NCBI RefSeq assembly: GCF_964188315.1
Contig: NC_135663.1
Coordinates: forward strand, 37,448,001 to 37,512,000
DNA length: 64,000 bases
Direction: 5' to 3'
Source: Podarcis muralis
Taxonomy: Eukaryota
Part shown: positions 51,040 to 64,000 of the stretch, one piece after another
Layout of the letters: every line of letters starts with the position of its first letter
Position numbering within the stretch: position 1 is the stretch's first letter
Position numbers and translations under genes: made by a program
Notes under the pieces: model-generated
What the model saw: the letters and a program-made list of their open reading frames with translations, nothing else
What the model was told of the DNA's origin: nothing
Database searches by the model: none

Positions 51040-51230
51040 GAAGCAGCCATTGATAGACAATGTGCTGCCTCCACTGTAGGCGCCAGTTGCTGGGATTCAC
51101 AAGTGGGGAGCATGCTATTGTGCTCAGACTTGTGCTTTCAGGCTTCCCATAGGCCACCTTGAGAACAGGATGCTGGCCTAGATGGACCACATCCAGCAGG
51201 GCACTTCTTCCATTCTTATTGTCCTCTATA
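51040..51230 (+). mobile_element. CR1 LINE 3' end
   Basis: CCAGTTGCTGGGATTCACAAGTGGGGAG..GGCTTCCCATAGG..GAGAACAGGATGCTGG..CCAGCAGGGC..TTCTTAT. Confidence 0.65.
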
Positions 51231-51499
51231 AGAACCATTGTCTTCTCTAGCCCTATTCAAGCATGTGTAGGAGGCACAGTTGTTGTGCATATTGGCTCTG
51301 CCCACTCAGACTCTGTCCTTCCCATGTTGAGCAGGGAAGGTCTGAAGAGGGGCTTTTGCTTGCAAGCGGTGGCCCTTCAGATGCTGCTGGATGATAACTC
51401 CCATAATACCTGTCAATTGCTAATGCTGGCTAGGGTTGTTGGGAGTTGGAGTCTCACAACTTCTGGAAGGCCACACTTTCTCCCTGGCTGAGCTACAAT

Positions 51500-51592
51500 G
51501 ACTGGTAGTGGTTTTCCAGGGCTTCAGGCAGTCTCTCTCAGCCCTACCTGGAGACATCAGGGATTGATCTTGGGACCTTCTGCATGCTCTAC
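51500..51592 (-). mobile_element. tRNA-headed SINE split by the hAT (remainder at 55607-55635)
   Basis: GGGATTGATCTTGGGACCTTCTGCATGCTCTAC joined to CACTGAGCTATGGC reconstitutes the reverse-complement tRNA head. Confidence 0.7.
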
Positions 51593-53173
51593 CAGGGCCT
51601 CCGAGAGGAATTTTATCAAGAAATGTCTCTTTTGGTCCCCTTACCTTCTCCATTGGTTATACTGTAAGGTCAAAAAGGGTATGGAAGACAAGAGATGGGC
51701 TGAGTGGAGCACTCTGTTATTATTCTGCATGTAAGGCCTTATGCTCTTATACTTCCTCCATGATAAATATAAATAAAATAAAAGAGGATCAGAGATAAGA
51801 AAGCACATTTGATTGGAACATCTTTGATTATGCTACAATACAGATAAGGCAAAATAACTCACATTGAAACATCCCTTTATATTGCAATGCAGATCAGATC
51901 ACCAGAAGACATTAGTGTTAGTAAAGAAAGGAAGAAAAACGTACCATGTGCTTTTTAAAAATAGCTTTTCTTGACTTTTGTGAAAAATTTCAAATCACAG
52001 CATGAAAATTAATTGTTATGGCAATGTTTGATTCAAAACTTAGCCTGGCCAAATTCACAAGATGTTTCTGAGACATTGTAGACCTTAAATAATTATTAAT
52101 TAGCTGAAGTTTGCTGAGTGACCTCTCTCCAGAAGCTACTGTTGCTGGAATTGTTAATAGTACTCTTAAGCTAGCACACACATTTGGAAACAGGTCACCA
52201 AGTCTGTACTTTCTTAACAAGTTCAACAGACCTAATGGCTTAAACTGTACATTTACAAAATCTGCTCCGTGTACTGAGGCTAAATGTTGCATTTCTTTTC
52301 CAAAATCATCACCAATTAAAATCAGCAGGATATTGCTATGATAAAGATAAAGGTTTTCTCTCCACTTCACTTTCAGACATGGTGAGATATTTCCACAAGA
52401 AAGCATTTTTTGTGCAAATTGCTTAACAGCATTGAAGTGGACAGTTAACCCTGCTATAACATTGTCTACCAAAACCTAAAACACACACTTTCTGAAGTGG
52501 GTCTCTTCTGGAGTATCATCTGTGTCATTCATTTCTTCCAAGTTAGCATCAGGTGTGCTGTTGTCATGTGACCTTGTCCTCTTGCACCTAATTTAATTAC
52601 ATACACGGGACAGAGTTTTATTTCTATATTTAGGTCTGATGCAACCAATCTGGCTTCATTCCACATGCATTTCCGCTTCTTTTGAAGTTTTGTCAGCTCT
52701 GCTACATCAACATCCAGTGTGGCATCTCTAGCTTGAAAGACCTTGTTTCAAATATCTATGCCAGCTAATGTTTTGTACCACATGGCTGACACTAACACAC
52801 AGGCAAAAGATGTCACATATAATAAAACTCCATGGACTTCATTTCTTGTTTTGGCCATCAAATTTAGTTCTAGGAGGTCTTCCAGTGCTAATGTAATACC
52901 AGGCAAGTGATCTGCAAAATTCAACATTCAGCAGGATTTGAGCATCTTGTTTCAGACATACTATGAAGAGAACAACCAATATAGTTTTTGTAGTATTTCC
53001 TACCACTTAGGACTGGAACTGAACAGGTGGGACACAGTTTTAATTGTTCCAAAAAAAGGGTTATTGCTTCAGTTATGCATTCAGCAGCAGCATTTCTACA
53101 TAAGTTGAGTGTGTGACAACCACAAGGTGAAAAAAATTGCTTTTGAGTATTTTTATTGTATTTCTGCTTGTGC

Positions 53174-53999
53174 CAGTGGCGTAGGAAGGGGGTGGCGGAG
53201 GGAGTGTACCACCCCCAGCACCATCTCTGGCAGGGTGACAAGAGGGCACCCCACAGGGGTGCCATTACGCTGCCACAGCAACATGCAAAGGATCCTCCGC
53301 TCACGGCTACACCCTCCGCTGCAGCCTCTTTACCCCCACAGCAAGGACGGAGGAGCGGCAGGAGGAGCAGTAACAGCAGCCAGCATGACAGCAGTGGCAG
53401 CAGCAGCGGCAAAGGCCACCGCCTACCTGAGGCACACCATCCCCGGTCGCATCTGCTCTTGCTCTAACCGCCACCGCCTCAGTGTCACCTCCGCTGTCTC
53501 TGGTGGAGTGGAGTGGGTGGGGGAGGCGCATGTGGGCGGAGAGAGGGAAAGAAAGAGTGACCTGCCTGGCTCTCCCTCTCTCGCACACCTGACGCCTGAC
53601 TCTGGAGAGCCAGTGTGGTGTAGTGGTTAAGAGCAGTAGACTCGTAATCTGGGTAACCGGGTTCGCATCTCCGCTCCTCCACATGCAGCTGCTGGGTGAC
53701 CTTGGGCCAGTCACACTTCTCTGAAGTCTCTCAGCCCCACTCACCTCACAGAGTGTTTGTTGTGGGGGAGGAAGGGAAAGGAGAATGTTAGCCGCTTTGA
53801 GACTCATTCGGGTAGTGATAAAGTGGGATATCAAATCCAAACTCCTCTTCTTCTGATGGAGTGGGGCAAAAGGCTGGGTGCATGAGGCAGAGGGAGCGAG
53901 CAGAGCATGCGCCATACGTAGCAGCACCGTGCATGCACCGTACGGTCGGTTTGCCCTGCCCCCCTGCCCCGGGTACCGTTCATGCTTTGTTCACCCCTG
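53174..53999. mobile_element. Non-autonomous hAT element inserted in the transposase gene
   Basis: Ends CAGTGGCGTA and (reverse complement) CAGGGGTGAA. 8-bp TSD GCTTGTGC/GTTTGTGC. Removing it restores the transposase reading KYNGAQAEIQ. Confidence 0.85.
53605..53854 (+). mobile_element. Squam3-type (MIR/CORE-derived) SINE
   Basis: GAGAGCCAGTGTGGTGTAGTGGTTAAGAGC tRNA head, CORE-like GCTGGGTGACCTTGGGCCAGTCAC, (CTT)n tail. Confidence 0.88.
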
Positions 54000-56989
54000 G
54001 TTTGTGCGCCATTGTATTTTCATGCCACATTTCTCCCATTATCGTTGGCTTGTGCTGTACATTCACTGAGAGGAATAGCATGTTCTCCCAATGCATTCGT
54101 TATCATCTGAGCCATTTCTTTCCCTCTTTTGTTGCTACAATCTGCAAACTTCAGAAATCTTTCTTGAATGTCATACTGCATTTCTTTTAAAAGTACATCT
54201 CCAAAGAAATGTTGTTTGTTCAACGTGGGAAGAATCTGGTGTAGAGTCTACTATTACCGCAAAGCCTTTGCAGATTGCCTCTCAAGCAAAAAGTGTCGCT
54301 TCACAAGATTCAAGCATTTTGTAATAAATTCATTTTGTGAGGCAGGGGACAAATAACTAACTTGAGGCTGCTCACGCCTTTTCTGTGACTCCTCTGCACT
54401 TAGCACATGTTCCTGAAGGATGGGGATCCTACCTGGAGAGCAGTTCAATGAGTCCTAAAAAGTTTCCATTGTTTGAATCACCAATTCGATGGGATGAATC
54501 ATTAACTGCTAAACCATTTTCTCCCAAGAAGAGTGCAACATTGGTGATGCACTTTAACAAGTACCATTTCACAGCTTCAGTTTTGATGGATGCTTGTAAG
54601 ATGATGTGAACTCCTGTCCCAGACTGCAGGAACATTTCTAGTTCGCCAAGCTAGGTAACGTTCTCTGTGACTATGACCTTTTTCATGTTATTAACTATCT
54701 CCTGATTCTTAGGACAGTTGTCTGGAAAAGATCATTTTTCCAGATGTAGTGAGTTCTTCATCTGTTCATGATGGTAATGGTGGCAATGAGCTGCTTTGCC
54801 TTCCTCTGCTTTGCCTTCCTCTTACCACACTTTTGAGTGATAGCTGATCCACAGCCATTTGATGTACCTTTGGGGACGATTAATTTGTTCATTATCCTGG
54901 AAGAACTGTTCTGTCTGCTGCACCCTATTGCGACGTTTGGAGCACCCAGCATCTCACGTTTGTAGTGTTGTGCCCATAGAACCACCGTGCTCCAACTTAC
55001 TTCCAACTATATTTTGGATAGGATATTGACTGTGGAAAGGCATTCTGCCTCTATTTCAGTGATCCTTGACAGTGACTTACCAATCCTACCATTCCTGCTT
55101 ATGGAACGTTTATCTGATTCTTATTCGTTTGTGACTCCATGCACATATTACATGTCTTCTGTTTATGAATTTTGATACAGTATAGTGTTATAAAAATATT
55201 GTCAGTATATTATTCGCCAACGTGTTGCTTGTTGTTGTTCAGATTCCTCTGCTTGAAGGCAGGCCACTGTCAGTACCGACTCCCTTCACCAGCAGACAGG
55301 AGTCCCCTCAGAAGGTGAAGTACATCACCTGCAGGAGAGGCAAAGCGAGCTTGCTTTCTCGCCTTGCCCACTTACATTAAATTTTGCTGCCCTTCTGGAT
55401 TGCATGGGAGAAGTAGGTGGGGGCACATTGGCAGAAGAGGAAGTGGGCAGAGGAAGAAGTGTCATGGCATTTTGTGTAAATGCAAGTATTCACACAATAT
55501 ATGCATATGTTTTCTGAGGTCCCAGGAAATTTCTGTCCCCTGTGCCCCCCTTTTGACCCCAGGCAGGGGTACAATGTACCCACTGCACCCTCTCTCCTGG
55601 GTCCTGTGCTCTGCCACTGAGCTATGGCTTTTCCCGCTTGTCTTGCAGTAGCTTATAAAAATTGACCCAATTTCCCTTGAAACTTCTCCCGTTGAAGCAA
55701 GACCCTAAAAATGTGTTTTTATGTGAAATTTGGTTCCAAATTTACTAGGGACAGGAGAGACATCAGCTTGAACCCTGATAAAGAAAGCCTATTTAATCTG
55801 CAGTGTTTGGATGAAATGGATGGGAAAAAAGCTCATGGCATCTTCCTATGCCATGAAGATGCTTTGAAGGTGTTAGAAATATTTAATTTGCATCATTCAC
55901 AGGGGGGAAATGTAAACTAGACCGACTCTGTTCTGAGCTGTAAGAAATAAATGCTTCGAAATGGGGAATAAGGAGGTTAGGGTAAAGTGACCCGCAGATA
56001 ACGACAGGCTAAAGTTTTGCTGTCATGCAGCACAAAATGTTTTAGAATGGAAAATAATTAATGTTGAGTAAAGAATGGAGCTGAGATTATTATAATGAGA
56101 TACAGTGTGCTCTTCCGACCATCTAGGGGTCAATGTTACTTGGTTCCAAATGGTTACGAGTAAGTAAGAATTGTCCTGCTATAAAGTAGAAATAATGCAA
56201 TGGTATGCAGTCAGTTTTACAGTGACCTTAAGGTTAATGGTAGTTGCTCTTAGTATGTTTATAAAGGTTTAAAAGAGACATATGAACTGAAGATTTTAAA
56301 GTCTAGAGCTACAGTACTAAGCAGACTATAATATTGAGATTTCGGAATAAAGTGGCTTCAAGTATGCTATGCTTGGCTGTTGCTCAATAGCTGAATACTT
56401 TCATGGTGACTTTCCTTTCAGAATAGTACCACCTCTCGAGTAATATATCACTTGTATGTCTCAATCTGATAATAGATTGCACCAGTATATTATTGCAACA
56501 ACAGATGTATTGCCAGTGTAGTCCTCTGCATTACTGGAACAGAGCACTTGGAAGATGATGTATTTCTCAAAATATGGCACCAACCAAAAGAAGGCAGGAC
56601 CAGGAGCAGATTTAGTTCAATATCCTAAAAAGAATTCTGATGCCACATAAGCTCCCTGGTACAAAGATATAATGGCTTGGCACAGCTCTAAATTGAATTC
56701 CCGTTTGGTTTTGGACTCTGGAGTTCACACAATCGGGTCATGGCTTAAATTTATTTATTTTTAATTTAGAAGGAACAACAGCTGAGAGCTGTAGCCTAAT
56801 ATAACTGCATGACTGAAGTATTTCCACAGCTAATTGCTCACATGTGTATGAGTAGCTGTATGTGTAGGACTATGTTCAATTATGAATGAGCATAATCCAT
56901 AAGCTAAAACTCCAGACACTTACGATCCAGTTATTCTTTGGTCCTGGAAATTAAGATGTTTCCAGACGTTGCCTCAGGCTTCCATCTCC

Positions 56990-57445
56990 CTTTCAGCTTT
57001 TTGCACACTGCACAAACCTATTGGAAAATGTGTTGGTACATCCATACGGGGAGCTGGCTTCAGGCACTAGGCCCACTGGCAAACCAACTCTGTATTACAA
57101 GGATGTCTGCAAACAAGACATGAAGGCTGGCAACACCAAACCAACCATGTGGGAATCCCTTGCAGATGACGGCAGTGCCTGGAGACAATCAGTTAGCTTG
57201 CGTATTCACAGCAGTGACCAGAGGAGGAAGGACCGCTGGGAGGTGCATAGAGAAAATAAAATGCCATAGTGCATCGTAGCAAAACTGGCCTCCTTCATCT
57301 GCCCCACCTACAAAAAAACAACCCTCCCATATCGGTCTCTACAGCCACAGCAGGTGCTGTAATTCTCCAATGGTTTGATTTTACCCCCAATGGTGCACTC
57401 TTCCATTGTCTCCTGAGAGAGACGGATGCCATCAACAACATCCAT
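56990..57445 (+). mobile_element. RTE-clade LINE 3' end
   Basis: YGELASGTRPTGKPTLYYKDVCKQDMKAG..WESLADDGSAWRQ is the RTE ORF C-terminus, followed by a 3'UTR and a short (CAA)n tail. Confidence 0.85.
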
Positions 57446-59263
57446 ACATATGCTTAATTGGGGATATTTATTAATTATTTTTTTAAAAAAGACCAAGATC
57501 ATACAATTCTGGGTGGGGAAAATGTCCGTTTGGCCACCACACAAAGAGTATTTCAGGACAAGGAGTATCTATGCGGTGGGAACTAAACACTATGTGGCAA
57601 AAAAATTAAAATAAAATAAATAGGGCAGTCATATGAGACTATCTTGGAGCCTTCAAGCATTGTCCCTCCACCCGGTTCAACCTGGAATTTATATGTTCTA
57701 AATGAGGTAGTTGGTTTTTATGTCTGGAGAGAGGGATAAACTTGAAACAGTCCTGTTGGTTGCTGAATAAAGCCGACTCAGCCTAGCCCAGGAAAGTCTC
57801 TTGGTTGCCACCTCTCTATTAACAGCTTTATATGGGTCTATATGCCTGGGAACATGTATTCCTTTCAGTCTTTGGTCTACCTTCTGCTAAGGTTTCTCAC
57901 TGAAATAGGTTTTCTCTTGACCAAAGTTTCTGGAAGAGGGCAAAGCACCTGCAACGGTGTACTTGAAGTATTTTAAAATGCATGATATGTGAAGCAAGTG
58001 TCCAGTGCCCTCTGTCACAGTGGCTTGATTAACTTAGAGGTCAACAACAACTCTACAACTTCTAAAACTTAAACAGAGCAGGACCTCAGAAGGGTATGTG
58101 TATGTTGTCTCCACTGCCCCGAAATGTATAGATTAATTATCAAATATCTGAGAGCCATCACTGAAGTTGAGATATTGGAGCTTAATCCCAAGATTCTGAT
58201 TCAGTACCTCCTTTGTTAGATTGTTGTCCTATAGGAGGGGGCTGCAGGCCCTGGCGGGCAGGTGGGGGGTGGACACTGAGTTTTTCCAAGGGGTCCATCA
58301 AACTTCACAACCAATGCCCAGACACTCAGCTTTCATTTCAAAAACAATAATGCAAGTTTCTACCTGCTATGAAAGGGAAGCAAAACGCGATTCCTGTGAG
58401 ATGAGCCAGCCTGGCTGTCTGCTCCCACCTTTTTAACCAATGAGGTTTTAACCAGTGAATGAAGTGAGGGCTGCAATTGATGAGTGAGTTGTTTGGACAC
58501 CAGCCAATAGATATGAATCCTAAAGTGTTGCCATTTCTCCCTCCAATTTAATGGACTTTTATTTCCTGCATGTGTTTAGTCCTTGGAATATCCAAAGTGT
58601 ACTTTACTCCATTCTAGCAACCAGAACCAATACTTCCCAATCCGTTACCAGTTATTTTCTGCAATTACTTCTACATAGTAAATGTTCAAGGATTCCTTTT
58701 CCTCATATGGGAAATGCAAACTGTGAAACTTTGTGGAGAGACTCTTCAAATCACGTCCAAATTTTCGTGCACCTTGAGAACATAGCATGCTTAGTGTAAT
58801 GTTCTTTTTCTATTTCTGTGCACCACAGTCCTATACTTCATGACACAGCCTTTTCTGATTGGCCAATATACAAAGTAATAGGGTGGACAGAATACAAAAA
58901 CGCACTATTTAGGAGGAAGGTCTTGCAAAAGTGTGTAGCCAAAACTGCATGCCAAAATTCGGAGAAATTCTCACTAACATACTGATGAAGTTTCATGAAG
59001 ATTTTTTTTAAAGCAACAACAACCACAACCTCCAAATTGCTGCAGAAATGTGGAGAACTGAATTTAAGATTGGAGAAAATGAGGAACTGAGAGAGCCGAT
59101 CCCTAGTAGTCACACAGCTGCTCACCTGGGATGTAGGTGCTTTAGACTGAGGGTCTCTTAATGTGAGAGAATTCAACCCCCAGTGTGTCAGTCTCTTTAC
59201 TAGGAATACATATGTATACCAGAGATTCTACATGTTATTTTGGTGTTAACTAGGGTTCAAAAC

Positions 59264-59636
59264 GGGGACGCGGGTGGTGCTGGGGACGCGGGTGGCGCTG
59301 TGCATTAAACCACAGAGCCTAGGACTTGCCGATCAGAAGGTTGGCGGTTTGAATCCCTGCGACAGGGTGAGCTCCCATTGCTCGGTCCCTGCTCCTGCCA
59401 ACCTAGCAGTTCGAAAGCACGTCAAAGTGTAAGTAGATAAATAGGTACCGCTCCGGCGGGAAGTTAAACGGTGTTTCCGTGTGCTGCTCTGGTTCACCAG
59501 AAGCAGCTTAGTCATGCTGGCCACATGACCCAGAAGCTGTACACTGGCTCCCTCGGCCAGTAAAGCGAGATGAGCGCCACAACCCCAGAGTCGGCCACGA
59601 CTGGACCTAATGGTCAGGGGTCCCTTTACCTTTACA
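59264..59636 (+). mobile_element. Sauria SINE (Squam1)
   Basis: Head GGGGACGCGGGTGGCGCTGTG, tail GTCCCTTTACCTTTAC, 12-bp TSD AGGGTTCAAAAC (59252-59263 and 59637-59648). Confidence 0.95.
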
Positions 59637-60652
59637 AGGGTTCAAAACAGATAAGCTATAGGATATATGTTATCAGATCTCCTACTGTTGGGTTTAATTA
59701 TTATTTTTTTACTTGAAAGTTTTTCTGGGGAAGCAGCAGTTCTGGAACATGGAAAATGTAACCCTTTCCCTCTGTGCCATTTCCCCAGTCTCAATCACCC
59801 CCAAACTGCTATTAGCCGCTCTCTGAAGGAAATACAGATACCTTTTGTATTTGCACATTTCTTTCTCAAGTGGGGCTAATAGCAGCTTTGAGTGGGTGGG
59901 TTTGCTCTGAACTGGAATAATGGTTAGTGGGGGGAAATATTAAACACTCCCTCCCCGGTACTGCCGCTCCAATCCAAATCAATCCTCCCACACGGTTGCT
60001 TTGACAATACAATAAGTAAGTAAAAATAAGGCTGCCATGGGATTAAAAGGCGGTGCCTTATTATCTGACTAATTGTGATGCACCACATACTAAGTTGAAA
60101 CAACTTATTTGTCACACTTGGGGAAGATCAAGACCTTTTCAGCAAGATGTTTGCATCCCACAGGCCTGGAGGGTTGCCCTCTGCCCTCTGTACATAATGC
60201 GTCCTGCTATAGGCATCAGCGGACAGGCCAAATGAGACATGTAGCCTTGGACCACCTTCTATTGCTTTTTCATGGTGTGTAGTAAGTAAAGGTTAATTGT
60301 TATACTTTTCGTTAAAAAAACAAACGAAACCCTTTTTACTTGACATTAAGCCATCAGATAGAGTTCCGAACACTGGAGCGTTTATACAGTGGTTGGTCCC
60401 ACCCCCCATTATTGCCCTCCTTGTACTGTCCTTTTGACAACAGCCCCTAAAGTATTCAAAATTACTTCGCAGGCTCATGATGTAGTGTCGCCAAAGGCTA
60501 ATTGACTCGTCCTTCTGTAATGATCCGTGGCTGTGTATACAGATGCCATTGTTCCCAGTCAGTGTATACATGGACCTTCAGCTGAATGCTGGGGTTTCAT
60601 TTCATAACTATTGGCTCTCTCTTTGTCCACCTGGATCACCAAAGGAGACTAA

Positions 60653-61102
60653 GGCCACATTCGGACCATACATTTAAAGCACTTTAAACAGATGTGGCTT
60701 CTCTCAAAGAATTCTGCAAGCTGTAGTTTGATAAAGGTGCTGAGAGCAGTAGGAAGACCCCTATTCCCCTCCCCAAGCTACAATTCCCAGCATTTGATTT
60801 GATTTAATATTAATATTTTGTTTTTCCAACAAGAAATGTTATGCTGGATGATATCCTCTCTCTGGGAAGGGACTTCTTCTGTGCTCAGTGCAGCAGGCAA
60901 CACACTCTCAGGCAAAATTATAGTTCATTGTTCTCAGTGAAGAGGAATTGACTGTTAAACCACTCTGGGACTTGTAGTTCTGTGAGGGAAATAGGGGCCT
61001 CCTAACCACTCTCAACACTGTTAACAAACTTCAGCTCCCAAAATTATATGGGTGAAGCCATGACTATTTAATGTGGTATCATAGTGTCTTGAATGCATGG
61101 TC
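60653..61102. mobile_element. Foldback MITE, PIF/Harbinger-like, with an internal insertion
   Basis: TAA|GGCCACATTC ... GAATGCATGGTC|TAA. Same family as 20653-20969. Confidence 0.65.
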
Positions 61103-63410
61103 TAAAACAACATAATTGTAATATTGTAATATTTTTAATAATATATTGTAATATTATGTTATTGTAATATTTCTTAAAATTCTTAAAATTCCAATATGTG
61201 GACATTAGATATGTTTAATTAAGAAGCAAATATACTTTTCTGTGCCCAATGCATGCAGCTGTGTTGATACCTGTGTCTGTAGCTCATAGGAAGGTGTCCC
61301 ACGGCTTGTAGAAATCACACTCATTTCTCCCTGTATCGCCGCCTAGCAGGCAGAGAGCCCTTATAGCTTTGTTGATAACGCCCTATCCTAACTTTTATAA
61401 GGCTTGCTCACACGCTGCACTGAACACAGGTACAAGCTGCTTCTACCCATGTACAAGCATTTGTGTGAGTGGATTTGTACTGCTCAACTATTGTGTACAC
61501 AGATTGTACATATTGAACGGGACGTGCAAAGGTGTGAACACCCGTATAGAAAATAATCTAGGGACTGTAGTGCCCTCTTCTATCCTCTGTTATGTGGCTG
61601 ATCTAATTCCAGAATGTCAACAGATGCAGAAACATGCAGCGTTAAAAGCATTCTTCCCACTTCTGGAAAAAATCCAAAGGTCCCTAGATGGGCTTCTCTG
61701 AGAAGACAACCTTCTTTCACCTCTGAAGTCCAAAAGTCATTTCAGGCCTGCCTGAATAAGATTCTTTCCCAGCCCCATTAATCAATGACTAGCAGGTGTC
61801 CACAGCAATCATGATTACATGTGCCAGGCTGCAGAAAGATAACTCAGAAACAATTTAAGGTCAAGGGTGGGGCAGACATCTGAAAAATAACAGACACCAG
61901 ACCCGGCAAAAGTACTTTACACCTGTTTTTTTGATTGGCTGAGTTCTCTGAAAAGGGGGGTAACTCACACCTCCTCAGTATCAACTTGCAATTCTCCTTT
62001 GCTGATCATAATACCAAGCATGCATAGAGCACATTTCTAATTCTTAATGCATTTTACACACATTATGTTTGGTTCTCACTAGTATTGTAACAATGTGAGG
62101 ATTAATTGGTCAGATTATCCCATTTTAAAACTTCTAATTGATCAAAAACACTAATTAATCAAGCAGCAGATTATCTGTTTTTGTAACACGTTAGAAGGTT
62201 AAGGATGACAGGTATTGGGTTTTACCGAACTCTGCAGCTTAATTCTCCCCTCTTCTCCTCTGCGGCCCCCCACCTCAATATCTGCTCCAGAGGTACACAA
62301 GGAGAGGAAGGAAAAGCCCAGCTTTGTGAATGGAACTGTATGCATGTAGCATTGGAAACAACCCCTGATCTCAGAAGAAGTGTTCCTCTTATCGCACACA
62401 AGAAATTATGCTGCTTCTAAGATGGTGTGTGCTGTGACTCATAAGGGAGACATCTGAGGACATGCATTTCCTCTTCACAATGATTGTTTTATTAATATAC
62501 AAATTTCAGTCATTAACTTATTCATTAAAGCTCATATAATTAATTGAGTAATACTTCTTGAATGGGTAGACTACACTGATTCCTGGTCATTGTTTGTAAG
62601 CTTGCCCAAATTAAAGTCACATGGTGAGATGTGAACGGAGGTCTCCAGACTCATACTCTCAGCACAATTTTAAAGCACAATTTTAATCCTGCTTTTCCCA
62701 ATACTGATTAGGGTGTACCTCTTTCAGAGACCCCTTACCTCTTTCCTCAACATCCCAGGGGCATCACTTGGAAAGCTAATTTAAAAGCCATGTCTAGATG
62801 CCCCAGCTTCACCACTGGAACTGGTCTTACACCAGGATGGGGGTGGGGGCAGGAAAAGTCTTTATGTTTACTGCTTCAGCTCCAGGGCTGTCTCAGAAAA
62901 CAAGCCTCAGCATAACTTGCCCATAGCTGGACTGGCTTAGGATCCAGCAGATCCTAGGCTGGCTTGGCCTTGCTTGCTTGCTCCCTCCCTCCCCCTCAAA
63001 ACCCCATTTCATAGGTTTATGCTGACAACCCACAGTAAGGATACATCTAGTGATAGCTTCCATTCTGAAGGGTTGGGTGGAGATCCAACCCTCCTCCAGC
63101 ATGACAATTTGAGTTATAGATTGGTCTGCCCAAAGCCTTATTGTCTGCATCATGTTCCCCTGCTCACCCACCCCAAAATGGTAGACCAGGGATAGAAAAC
63201 CTACAGATGTTGGTAGATTTCAACTCCTATCCACACTAGCCAGCATAGTCAATGAGAATTGTGCAACACCTAGAGGGCCACTGGTTCCCCACCCTTGTTG
63301 TAGACTTTCCTCAACTGGAAGCTGAGCTGGTCCTCTGATGATTTGGGTTGCTCTTTTCTACACCTTGTCTAGCTCTTTCATGTGGTTGTCACTCCGCTGT
63401 GGGATAGATA

Positions 63411-63560
63411 CAGTTGTACCTTGGTTTTTTGAACAGAATGCGTTCCAGAAGTCCATTCGACTTCCGAAACGTTCAGAAACAAGGCATAGCTTCCAATTGG
63501 CTTCCGATTGCGCAGGCACGCCGGAAACAATAGCGGAAGCTGCATCAGACGTTCAGCTTC
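63411..63560 (+). mobile_element. Left part of a third Tigger-like MITE, interrupted by the L2 insertion
   Basis: TA|CAGTTGTACCTTGG start resembles families A and B. Sequence stops abruptly at the (TAA)n tail of the L2. Confidence 0.55.
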
Positions 63561-63561
63561 C

Positions 63562-63603
<42 letters not shown>

Positions 63604-64000
63604 TTATTATTTATACCCCGCCCATCTGGCTGAGTTTCCCCAGCCACTCTGGGCGGCTCCCAATCAGTGTTAAAACAGTACAGCGTTACATATTAAAAAC
63701 TTCCCTGAACAGGGCTGCCTTAAGATGTCTTCTGAATATCAGGTAATTATTTATCTCTTTGACATCTAATGGGAGGGCGTTCCACAGGGCGGGCGCCACT
63801 ACCGAGAAGGCCCTCTGTCTGGTTCCCTGTAGCCTCACTTCTCGCAATGAGGGAACCGCCAGAAGGCCCTCGGCGCTGGATCTCAGTGTCCGGGCTGAAT
63901 GATGGGGGTGGAGACGCTCCTTCAGGTATACAGGACCGAGGCCGTTTAGGGCTTTAAAGGTCAGCACCAACACTTTGAATCGTGCTCGGAAACGTACTGG
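63562..64000 (-). mobile_element. Young L2 LINE 3' end (continues past the window)
   Basis: Minus ORF LVLTFKALNGLGPVYLKERL..RAFSVVAPALWNALP is the L2 ORF2 C-terminus. (TAA)n tail at 63562-63604. CpGs retained. Confidence 0.92.

Larger units (their letters stand above)
51593..55606 (-). mobile_element. Degraded autonomous hAT (Tip100/Zaphod-like) transposon
   Basis: Imperfect TIRs CAGGGCCTCCGAGAG and CAGGACCCAGGAGAG. 8-bp TSD TGCTCTAC/TGCTCTGC. Transposase remnants: NNGNFLGLIELL, YLSPASQNEFI, KYNGAQA..SPCGCHTLNL, and the hATC dimerisation domain LRVLLTIPATVASGERSLSKL..YLRSTMSQ (51990-52472). Confidence 0.9.

Noticed and set aside
55607-55619. Apparent hAT TIR CAGTGGCAGAGC (reverse complement)
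   Set aside because: This is the TSD plus the continuation of the interrupted SINE head. The true end is 55606.

Overview
Vertebrate (squamate) genomic DNA. A lacertid lizard is inferred from a Sauria/Squam1 SINE and a Squam3-type SINE. The only host coding sequence I can support is the 43-nt first coding exon of ZNF827 on the minus strand (33464-33506; MPRRKQEQPKRLSS, then a GTAAGT donor), inside a CpG island at about 31.4-34.3 kb. Everything left of it is intron 1 (exon 2 is not in the window) and everything right of it is upstream intergenic DNA. The rest is transposon-rich: an old degraded Gypsy provirus (about 12.2-19.9 kb), two solo LTRs, a four-layer SINE/hAT/hAT-MITE/SINE nest (51.5-55.6 kb), LINE fragments (RTE-X-like, RTE, CR1, L2), a Penelope fragment carrying a minimal hammerhead ribozyme motif, and many MITEs. 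The most unusual structure is a TA-flanked Tigger/pogo-like MITE family with conserved ends but interiors built from GC-rich stem-loop modules. In one copy the interior is an alternating two-hairpin, about 120-bp satellite whose two hairpins differ by compensatory base changes. Almost all long ORFs in the supplied track are repeat or low-complexity artefacts.
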